Assembly (NCBI RefSeq): GCF_964355755.1
Contig: NC_092679.1
Span: forward strand, 22,055,432 to 22,119,431
Source: Antedon mediterranea
Lineage: Eukaryota > Animalia > Echinodermata
DNA: 64,000 nucleotides
Direction of reading: 5' to 3'
The first letter of the stretch is position 1; each line of letters begins with the position of its first letter. Below the pieces are notes generated by a model. That model was not told where the DNA came from and ran no database searches. It saw only the letters and a program-made list of their open reading frames with translations. Below are positions 29,201 to 41,200 of the stretch, piece by piece. A program made the translations under genes and the position numbers.

Positions 29201-32200
29201 TTATTTATATTGACAGGTAGGTAATTCTGAAATACAACAAAATATTGTTAAAAAATGTTAAAATGTGAAAAAAAAAAATATTGCGTTAAAAAACTGTGTG
29301 GGTATTGTTTCTTTTCATTAAATATTATTTTTCATAAGTATACATTTTTTTAATAATTCTAGTATTTAAAGTTATATTTATAATCATATATTATTTTAAT
29401 TGATTTTCGAACCGCCAAAAATAAGAATTAAGCCCGTGCTTATTATGTGTTCGATTCCATTTGGAGCGCCGGGCCGAACGTAGACTCGGCCGCGCCTACT
29501 ACAAGTTAAGTTATATAGGCCCCTAGCTAAGGTCTAAATAAAAGCCTGACGAAAATTCTGCCTAAGAAATATCGGGAAGAAATTTTTTATTTAACAAAGT
29601 AATTACCTCAATGGTATAATTGTAACATGTTTAATTTTATTTCCCTTTCAATAATTCTAACCGAAAGTTGCACTTTGAATTGAAATATACGGAATAAAAT
29701 TTAGGCCTAGAAACAGCGTAGACATACAACGGCAACACAGGCCAAAGCGCGTTTCGGCCGCCTACATAGAATGGCTTACGGCCGCTGCATAGCAAAATCA
29801 AAGCTTCTTAAATTTCTTCGGTACATTTCTTCCTAACGTACTTGCTTTATATAGTAGATTTATAAATATTCCACTTATTAAATAATTTAATAAATCGGTA
29901 AAATTGACGTTTCGAAGCAAATATTCCATGAGAGGCGACATTTTTCGACATGCCTCGTGTGCGGCGAAGACTAGTTCAGAAAATGGAACAGTCCACTGCA
30001 GGGGTTATCCAATCATTAATTAACGCGCTAATACATGCATACCATGCACATTGTCTGGGCGACGGTAATTTAGTAATAAGCGGAGAACTGAATCCCCCCC
30101 GTAAGGAAAATGGTAAACACTGATATTTATGGTAGGGATTATTTTTCTCAGTGGTTGGTCTTGTTGGCCTCTTCGCACGAGGTCCACGCAAAGTCAAATA
30201 AAACGATGTGGTTTATCAAACAGAAATATAAATTAGCTTCAATTCAATACTAAATTAGCCAGATTTTGATAATGAGAAAGACTAAAAAATTCAATTTTTA
30301 TCGTTAAAATTGACATTTGAGGCGGATGTACATAATAATAATAACCGATTTACATATCAAAATAAAGAGTATTTAAAGCCTGATAACATGCAACAAAAAT
30401 TACTCCACCACCTATTATGGACCTCGTGCGATCGTGTTTTGAAAATGGGTAGGTGTTTTCCAAAGTTATTTTTAGCGCGCGGATTTCGGCTCGCCGGCTT
30501 TTGTACCTCATTTTTAACTCGCGTTTTCTATTAAAATATTTAATAAACATAGATTAAAAATATATGAAAATAATCCCTTAAACAAGATCTTTCCAGACAT
30601 ATAATTTTTATTCACATGTGTATATAAGAAATAGTATATTTTTAACTTCAAAGACACGTCACTTTTTGAAATTTCACGAACGTGTTAAAATCGCGGTAAC
30701 GAAAATCCGCTTCATTGGGATACCTAATTCTAGTAGTAGTTTTACTGTAGTACCGTACCTGTATTTAAATTTTGTAAGTTAAATTTAGATGATGTAGAAC
30801 GATAATATAATCCTTTCAAATTTGACAAAAAGTGTGATGTGTGCCAAAATATGGTAGTGATATTGTCAAATATGGTACAGTAGTGATATTGTCAAATATG
30901 GTAGTGATATTGTCAAATATGGTAGTGATATGACATTATATTAAAGCCCCATTCCCTACGTTTTTTAGATCTAATTTAAGATCACAAACTATATTTAATG
31001 TAAAAATAATACTATATGGTCCTATTGCGATAACTTTTTTCGTCTTTAAACGGTTAAAAATGTGAAAAATAAGCCGATTCTAATAATTATAGCGGCCCGC
31101 TATAAATCCCAAAATGCATTGCGCGCGGATTGATATTTTTGTTTTTCACCTGTAATTCGCCCACTTTTCGATCGATCGTGAGGCCAAAACAAATGGAAGA
31201 CTCCTAATTTTTCAGCGAAAATACCGGGTTTTCCCCAATTTGTATCAACGGAGTCTGGCAAAAATAGAAAGACAATTAATGCAGCAACTATACAACGTCA
31301 GGCTAGGTATATAGCTCGCGTACGATGTTCGTACGTTACCGATGTTTACCAGCTAGGCCTACAAAACTAAGCCTAGCTAGGCTAGGCCTAAGACCGTCCA
31401 CGAGAGGTCGATCGCCGCGAGCTACTTAGGTAGTGCATTGTTTCTCACTTTTTATCATAATTTACCATAAAACGTACATTTAAGACAAGGAATGACATGG
31501 TTTAATGTTTTTAAAGTGATATATATGTATTATTTTCCAAAAAACGTCCAAAATTGCAGGGAAGGGGTCTTTAATATTTATTATAATTTTATAATACTGT
31601 AATAATAAACCAAATTTAATATTTAATACTAATAATCTTTATTGGAAAAAGACACCTTTATATTTCGGCGGCACATGTGTCAATACTGATTTTGATATTG
31701 TATTTTGCAGAAAAAAATTCAAATAAAAAGAAACCAAAGGAAAATCAAAATTGTTGTAATGACAAAAAAAGTGAAGTATTACCTGTATAATTATTATTCT
31801 TTATTATTATTATTTTTTATTAAAAACAAACCAATTGGCAGCAAATCTGCTGAATTGCATGGTAAGGGACAATATACATTCAAAAGACAATTAATAATGT
31901 ACAGTAATTCAAAATATACCTTAATTTATGTTGAATAATCTTACAGAATCAATAATTATTAATAATAATCTCATTAATACACCATGCTCACACACAAAAA
32001 TGATTTTTAAATTAAATTACAACATATATTAATGAGGATATTATACACATTATACATAGATTTAAGAAATTATATTTGACCATGACAAAGTTGACATTGA
32101 TGAATGTTTTTTTTTGAAAGTTAAAGGTTAAAAATATGTTACTGTAATCCAACCTCTAACCTTTGGGACTAAAGTAATAATAAAGTACTAGGGCAAGTCC

Positions 32201-35200
32201 AAAGTAAGTCTGTTTTGGGAGAGTTTACTTTATACAAAAATTGTACTATAGCAATGTGTTGTCTTTTCTTTTCTAAGTTCTATTGTAAATTCTCATTTCA
32301 TAAACAATAGGTCAAAGGTCAATCTATAGAATTAAAAAAACTTTGTTTTGAACTTCTATAATAAACCACTAGAAAGTTCTATTGATTGTGAAATCAAACA
32401 ATAGTAAGGAATATACACAACTTGTACTACGAATATGCCTACATTGTCTTACTGCATGCAATGAAACTGTTACATGGTTCAATTATAAGACAACAAAGTT
32501 ATGAATGTTGTGTGTGAAAAAACAACTTGAATACAGTATCCTAAGTTGTTTTATGGTTTGATAAGTTGTCTAGACATTTTGTAACTTGTTTAAGATCAGT
32601 TAAAAGGTGGCTTTTTTACGGGATGTAGTGGAAAAGCTAGGGCAGTATTCTTTTCACAGAAACTTTGAATTAAATAACATGAATGTTGCAGAGTGACATT
32701 GTTTTGATTCCCATGTTGTATAAATCTTTTTGCACCTCTCATATTATGATGAGGATACGTCAGTGTTAAACTTGCATCCGTCTAACTTGACATACAGTAC
32801 AGTACACTCCCATTAACAAATTAGGACATAATTAAAATCAATCAAAGTGGAATTGTTTTTATTACTTTGGCTAGAACTAGGTCATTTGATGGTTGGCGAC
32901 ACAGTATATCATTTACTGGTACTGTGGGTACAGTATATATAAAAACAAAACATATAAATGCATTGTTTATTATTATTAACATGTTAATTATAAATTTATT
33001 TGTAATACTAAAAGATTGCCGACACAATTTATAAATTATTTATACTATAATTTAGTATTTCGTGTATCACTATCACGCAAACAATTATCAAACAACAAAT
33101 TAGTTAAATGAATTCAGACAATTTTAATGGTAGGATTTGAACACCAACAACTCAATTATATCTGTAAGTCTGTAGCTATTATATCATACAGTGCATTTAG
33201 CCCACATAACAGCAGTGATGTCATAATTTTAGATAGACCTCCAATCATAAAATAAGCTTCCTCTATTATACTAATATATTTGCTGAGAAATCTAATTTAA
33301 CCCATTTTAATTAGGGCATTTTGAACAGGGAAAAGAAATGACAGTGTTGTACAGTTTGTCAATGAGCCTAAATATATTTCATCCTTGGACAAGTTGGATT
33401 TTAAGGCCCGTCTTCTCTACCATAACCTAGATATACAAAAACCCAGCTGCACAGCAATTAATGTTTGTGGATATGATGTTGTGTTGCCTCTGCTCTGTTT
33501 AGCAATTTGGACTCATTACCATTACGAAAGAGGATTCTTATCAATTATATTTAATTGCCTATAATTATTACTGATAACATTAAAGTTGATGTGCGTAATA
33601 ATGCCTATTGTGTTCGCTACTACACCAGGTGTAAATCTAACTTTCATAGTTCAACCATTTAGCAATATAACGGAAGGAAACAGGAAGAGTGTATGGAAAG
33701 ACAAGTTTGCTATCTGTGTTGATGAATGAGCGTAGGGAGAGGTTAAAAAAGTACAAGTTACTGGTACCACCAAATGTATTGCAATCCAAGACCTAATGGT
33801 ATATAGTCCAGTCAAAAATCACCCTCACCATGGTATAAGAACGTACCCTAATAAAATTTCATCCGTAGGTTCTACGTATATAGGTAATAACATTTCTTGA
33901 TGTTGCGTCTTGCAAAACTTGGGATTTTACGAGAAAATTAGACTTTTATACCCAATTTATAACCGCCTCATGTCGTATTATTGTGTACAGCGAATGCGAC
34001 GAAGCGTGACTGAAATTACGAGACGCCGTTAGCGCCCATTGAAAAATGCATTAACAAAGCTGTGTTATTCTTTTACGTTTAATTAACTAATCTTCATCTT
34101 CACTTTTTGGGACAATAGCCTACATCTTTTAAGTTTAAAACGTCATTTATAAGCAATTGAATAAGCCAACAAATTAAACTACAGTGTTCTTCGAAGCTTT
34201 ATAAATATTATTCAAATTCATTAAAATGCGTCGGACTCGGCGGAAAACAATATTTGAAATAAATGCATATAAAAAGTTTTTTGTAGACTTTACTTTCTCG
34301 TCCCAAGTTAGAACTTTCAGGTCAGGCCGTGGAGGTGAACCAATCGTTTATGACATGCTTTTGTGTATAAAATGTCCAATAATAATTATCATTGTAGGAC
34401 TACTCTCCACCAAAAAAACTTTATATTAGAATGTATTTATTACGTCACGTCTTAAAAAAAGGAGAATTGGGTAATACAGTATGTTGTCGTTTCTCGCGAA
34501 TCTTACATCACACTCCCACATCTCACTCTCTTTTATTTAGTGAAATGTGAATGGTGGAAAAACGGGAAAATACGTTAACTTTAGAATACTTAAAGAATCG
34601 TCATGAATGACGTTTATTGGCTCAAACTTCACACATCGGTACGATGTGGAGGCCAGACGGATTCAGAGAGGATCAAACCGGCAACTCCTCCTCATTGGTA
34701 GTGGGGGAAGTGGTTGGTGGCGGCGGGTGAAAAGGGAAAATGAAAAATGTTGATTTAGACGAATCCCGACCAGCCCCTTTGATACGCTCTAAATAATTGT
34801 AAGAAAGTGAAAGGCCTACTTGAGGTAGTATCTTTCGTATAGGCCTACGCGTAATTGATTATCCTTAAATGATTGGTTCTTACTCTAATTAAGATTATAA
34901 TCGCGAATGGCAGTTCAAAATATGCAATGCATTGTGATATCCACGCAAGGAATGCTGTGGAAACAAAAATGTCCAAAATAAAACCAGCAGAACTAGTAAA
35001 TCATTACGCTCCAGCAGATATACAAATATACACTTTATCCATCATGATGGTATACTGGAGGTTGTAATGTGTTTAAATATATACAATCCTTTTTTCCATG
35101 ATAAAAAATATAAATAAATTTGTGAAAATAAAATATTCTGCCTCTTGCGTAAAAAAAAGGCAATAACTAATAAACCGCATCGGGTTTCGTACATTTATGC

Positions 35201-38200
35201 CTTGTATAACCATTCATATACAAGTCCGATAAAAGTATGACTCGTGAGGGCGCACTTTATTTTATGGAAGGCCATTTTGATTTGTACATTTTTAAACACA
35301 TATCTGTAAATATTTTAGTTTATATTTGAGTTTTCTCTATATGTTATGTATTTTATTATACAATTTATTGTAAACTATATTTAAATCATTGTATAAGCTA
35401 TTAGTTTTGTAGGTTTTTAGCTTTGTTAATACATTTTTCAACGGGCGCTAACGGCGTCTCGTAATTTAAGTCACGCTTCGTCGCATTCGCTGTACACAAT
35501 AATACGGCATGAGGTGGTTATAAATTAGGTATAAAAGTCTAATTTTCTCGTAAAATCCCAAGTTTTGCAAGACGCAACATCAAGAAATGTTATTACCTAT
35601 ATACATAGAACCTACGGGTGAAATTTTATTAGGGTACGTTCTTATACCATGGTGAGGGTGATTTTTGACTGGACTAATACCTTTTAAGTGATACATCCAT
35701 TGTAAAGGCAAGTGGTGCAGTGTGTTAGACATTCGGTCTACTGATCGTGAGATCCTGGGTTTGAATCCAACGCTCGTCGCATTGCTTGTATCCTTGGGTA
35801 AAATACTTTACATTTGCCTCTCTCTCTCTACACCCAGGTGTACAAATGAGCACAAGGCCAAGACACAACTTTGTTGATTATTAGCTGCATTATGGGAATA
35901 CGATTCCATACATTTTTGATAAAATTGACCAGGGTAATAATATGTACACGCTTTGAGGTTACATAACACTAGGCTCTTTACAAATCAAGAATTATTAATT
36001 ATAAGATTACACAAACATTCAATGATTATTTGTGTCCCTGTTTTAACCTTTATAAAATGACTTTTCAAAGTTTATTTTACTTTTGGGGACAATCAATCAA
36101 TCAACTCTAAAGTATATCAATTACAAAAATGTAAATTATTAATAACAAAATTATTAATTATGCTTATTCGCACGCGATCCTGTGCCATCTGATCCATCAA
36201 TAAATTCCCACCAACATCAATGGGAACACAGACTTAGCCGAGTCCAACGTTCAAAGTCATTGTTGTCAATATTCACGCGTATTAAACAAAGTCGTTCCAA
36301 CCCTTTTACACCTCAAAACAAAAAAGGTACATGTTTGTCTCTGCCCGATATTGACCGACCGAGGACTGATAAACAGGGCTGGACAGGAATAACATCACTG
36401 ATCCACACTGTGAAATTTCATACTGTAGATGGGCCATTGAATTTAACAATTATTATCTAGGTAATTTAATAGAATGATTAATGATGAAAAGTCTTTCACC
36501 CGATAGGGCACACTAAACCATTCAATTTGTACGGGACGGCTGCCTCGATGGGCCTGTAAAATTTGCCAGTAAATAACTAGCCCATTTTGGCCAGTGAAGC
36601 TTTATTTACAATTTCGTATGTTAAAACTTTTGTTAATGGCCAGTAAAAAAGGAATTCGTGTCATTAACAAAACTGGTTTATACTTGCCCGGTGGGCCAGT
36701 TAAATTAAACTTAATTATTAAAGATTACTTTTATTTTCATATTTTATATTTAACTATTAAGTATAATGCTATTTGTTTGTAACTAATAATAAAATCTTGT
36801 TGATGTTTATTTTGATTAAATTACAGTAACTATCCATCCATATAAAACAATGGTAGTACTGTATGACAAAGGAACAATCCTACAAAGATATTTCAGATTT
36901 AGATAATTTCCATAAAATAGGCTCTACAAATGACTAGCTAGAATAAATATTGTTGTTAATGACACAACAACCAAAACAACAAAACAGTGGGCTTAAAGGT
37001 ACTAGTCACCTACGAAATAAGACACACTCAAATTACAACAAAAGGGGTTGAAAAAGAATTTAGTCAACTACTGGTTGTTTTCATTCACTGACCCTTTTAA
37101 TAATCGTTAGTCATCATCTTTCAATATCAGTACCTGTTTAGTTCAGGTAAAGAGGAAAACCTACTGTATACCTGTTTAAGATTTAGGGATCACCTTAAAT
37201 CTGAATTTCTCCATTTTACAAAATATACGTAATAATACAGTCGACTCTCCGAATACCGGACACCTTTGCGCTGGAAAAAATGTGGTATTAGGAATATGTT
37301 TTTAATGTAAAAAATTAATTTAGGACTGTTTGAACTTCAGAAAAGTGATGAGAGTTTCTGGTTTTTGAGAGTCTGGTATTGGGAGATTTGACAGTACAGG
37401 ATTATATTATAACTTTATGTACTAACAATGCCTTCAGTACCTGTTTAGTTCAGGTAAACAGGAAAACCTACAGTATACCTGTTTAAGAATTAGGGATCAC
37501 CTTAAATTTCTCCATTTTACAATTATGTAATACATGATTACAATATAACTAAGGGTGTGTATCTTACAATTATTACTCATCCACTCACTGATTTTATTAT
37601 AATTGTTTGTAAACAAAGAATCTCAATCAAACAAGTTTACAAGAATTAGTAATTTTAGAAAAAAGAATTTTTAGTCCATAACTAAATTTATTGGTTCACA
37701 AACTTGTTATTTCAAGGTCAACAGGTCATGCTGTAAGTATGTGAGAACCAAGCTAGTCCTAGACTCTGTTATGGACAGACTGATATGAAAATCATGTTTA
37801 AGAGAATGAAAATATCTTTTTAAATCAACAAAACAGATTTTAAAAACTGCACTATTTTAGACCTCAGATACAAAAAGATCAAGTATAAATAGTATTGAAG
37901 TGTTCTTACCTTGAATTAGAAGGGCTCGTTAAGACATCACTGCTGCCCGAGATGTTTCTTTGTCTGTAAAATAACAACATTTCAAGTTACCGTACACGGT
38001 ATACGTGACCAGGATTTCAGGATACATTACAGTAGAACCTTCATTTTACCGAAAGGCGTACGTAAAACAAGGGATTCATAAAATCAAGGTTGACCTTAAA
38101 TTGACCCCAAATACGTAGAGATCGTAGCTAGCCGTTTTTGCCTACTTCTGTACAGTATGCAGGTGGTCACTAGCTAGGCCTAGGCCTTGCCTAGACTATT

Positions 38201-41200
38201 CAGGCCAGGCTAGCAAGATGTGAGGCCTAACTAGAAAAGTACAATACAGGCTGTGCGATGTTTAAATAAAGTGTAAAATATAATTGTTTTCTATCAATAA
38301 AAACAGTCGCTGCTTTAGGGGGAATGCACGTGCGTAGCTTGTCCCACACACAGCAGAATTCCTCACACAGCCGGCCATGATTGTGGCTTTGTGTGTGCTT
38401 TGTTGTTGTTAAATTGCGCCCTCAATGTAAGAAAATGATGACGTCATCGGTTATTTTAAGCGTACGTAAAATCGAGGGAACGTAAAATCAGGGTACGTAA
38501 AACACAGGTTCTACTGTATTTGTACGCTAAATTTGCGCATCATTTAGATGTCGACATTTAGGACTTTTTGACTGAAGAGTCTTTCATATCTCCAATCTAC
38601 ACAGCTACAGTACAGTAGGCATCAATTTTTTTATTTTGTGCTGTATGCGTGTATCCGCATCAAGAAAAACGAAGTGTGTGCAAGTGTGAAAGACTCTACT
38701 GTATTACATCCCGATCACATGCCTTGCATAGACTTGTAACCTAATGTCATAGGTGCGCCTACTGTACATGTCGTGCGCGTACATGTAGTGCGCCTACTGT
38801 ATTATGTCGTGCGCCTACTGTACATGTCGTGCGCCTACTGTACATGTCGTGCGCCTACTGTACATGATGTGCGTCTACTGTACATGATGTGCGTCTACTG
38901 TATATTGTGCGCCTACTGTACATGTTGTGCGCCTACTCTACATGTCATGCGCTTACTGTACATGTCGTGCGCCTACTGTACATGTCATGCGCCTACTGTA
39001 CATGTCGTGCGCCTACTGTACTTGTCGTGCGCCTACTGTACATGTCGTGCGCCTACTGTACATGTCATGCGCCTACTGTACATGTCATGCGCCTACTGTA
39101 CATGTCGTGCGCCTACTGTACTTGTCGTGCGCCTACTGTACATGTCGTGCGCCTACTGTACATGTCATGCGCCTACTGTACATGTCGTGCGCCTACTCTA
39201 CATGTCGTGCGCCTACTCTACATGTCGTGCGCCTACTGTACATGTTGTGCGACTACTGTGCATGTTGTGCGCCTACTGTACATGTCATGTGCCTACTGTA
39301 CTGCACATGTCGTGAAATTCATGCCATTGGCCAGTAAACGATTTTAAACTGCTGCAACATCAACTGACCTATGAATAAATTAGCATAAATTTGGATGACT
39401 TATAACGTTTGATGGCAAGGTATGCACAGCAATTGTGCTATTATTGATTAGTTTATAACATACAATTATGGATTGGCATCTGGAAATTAATCATGTTGAG
39501 AATGTTATCATCAGAATGTGCATACTGTACAGCTCTAAAATTCCTTCAATCTGAATCACCAGTGGTCTAAAGCCTTGTTCACACTGGACTTTAACTATGA
39601 TAACTTTACCCAATGATCAGAAAATGTGACTTTATGCAGTTAGTTTTACCATGCCATGGCGTTAACAAAATTTAATAGTGATTTTAAAAACTATGATGAT
39701 TGACTTGCATGGTGAAGTTCATGTGTTTAAATCTGAGTTGCACATTCAGATTGGACTTTTTAGCCAACGTGGTTAGCTTTACTGTGACTATTATATGGTA
39801 CTGTATGTGGAGCAATTTTTAATTAAATGCACTATGCAATCTCAGTTTAAATTTGACCTAACCTCAAAAGTTCATATGGAACAACTGCAAAATGTTGGCT
39901 ACTTTCTTCTGTGAAAAACGACAATAATGTTTATCGGTTTATCAGTTAGCAACAATTAGGCTTCAACAGCGATTTCAATGTTTATTTAAACAAACTACCA
40001 AACGAAACACTGATCATTTTCTTGTTTCATAGAGTTCAAATTCAATAACCTTAAGATGATAGAGTTCACAAAGAATCTTAGAATCTACAAATCGGTTTTA
40101 ACCACTTCCTGAAGAAGAGCGTCAACAAGCGGAATTCACAATGAACACCTTGCGGTTCACTGCCTCCCCTCTTATAAGGATGATTTTAATTTATAAATCA
40201 TATGGACAGAAATTACGATAAAAACAAGGTACTTTGTACATTTACAAAAACTATAGACCTCATGCAGTAAGGTAATTGCACTGCTTAATGAGTGTCATAC
40301 AGTACTTTTATCAGTAACGGTATAATTACTGTGCCAGTGTATATAACATAACTATTTCCACTACAGTAAGTGCTTAACCCAAGGCATTGCGTAGGTTCAT
40401 TCAGATTTTACCATGTCACCTCTTGCTTGCCTGATGATGCTGCTGGTGGGAAGAGGTCCGAGTTCAAGGAATTTACTATTTTACAGTACAGTACTGTAGT
40501 ATTAATTCTGTATTATATTGTATGCAGAGGAAACTAAAAAATTGCCACATCCCTTTAAACTCCACAATAATCCTAGTACTGGTAATGTTGAGGTATATAC
40601 AGTTCCAGGTCCTGCAGTAGTTTGCATTAACACTTTCAAGTACAACAGTCCTACCACTGTACCATTTTAGTTCACACACACTGCTCCACATTCCAGATAT
40701 GTATCGTTTAATGTTGTATAATTTAGTCACATATTGGCACGCATTTGAATAATTTTGTTTGTTTGTTAGTTTATTTTTTTAATTTTATTTTTTTATACTG
40801 GGTGACCTCATCAGTCAAAGACTGGTCTCCCAGAGGGCCCAGTTGGTGATCAGTGACTGTGATGTACTAATACACCGGGGTAACCCCCTACTCGTCTCGA
40901 AAGATGTACTAGGTTCTTTAAAGTGCACACGAGCCAGATGTACACTGGACCTACGGTTTATAGTCCTTATCCGAGAAGACTTGTTCTACCACCAGAATCA
41001 TGGAGTGAGTGAGCCTCGAACCCCTGCCGATGTTATGGCTACGTAATTACGGTTCCACTGTCTTAACCGCTCGGCCACTTACTATTTATGTACAGTACTG
41101 TACACCAAGAATTAACTGTACTGTACATGAACAGTAGGGTGTCACTGTTTATACTGCATGCTATAGTCTGTTACTGTACACAATAAAAATACAATACAAT

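Noticed and set aside
38773-39347. Cys-rich repetitive ORFs
   Set aside because: Translations of a 20-bp minisatellite in all frames.
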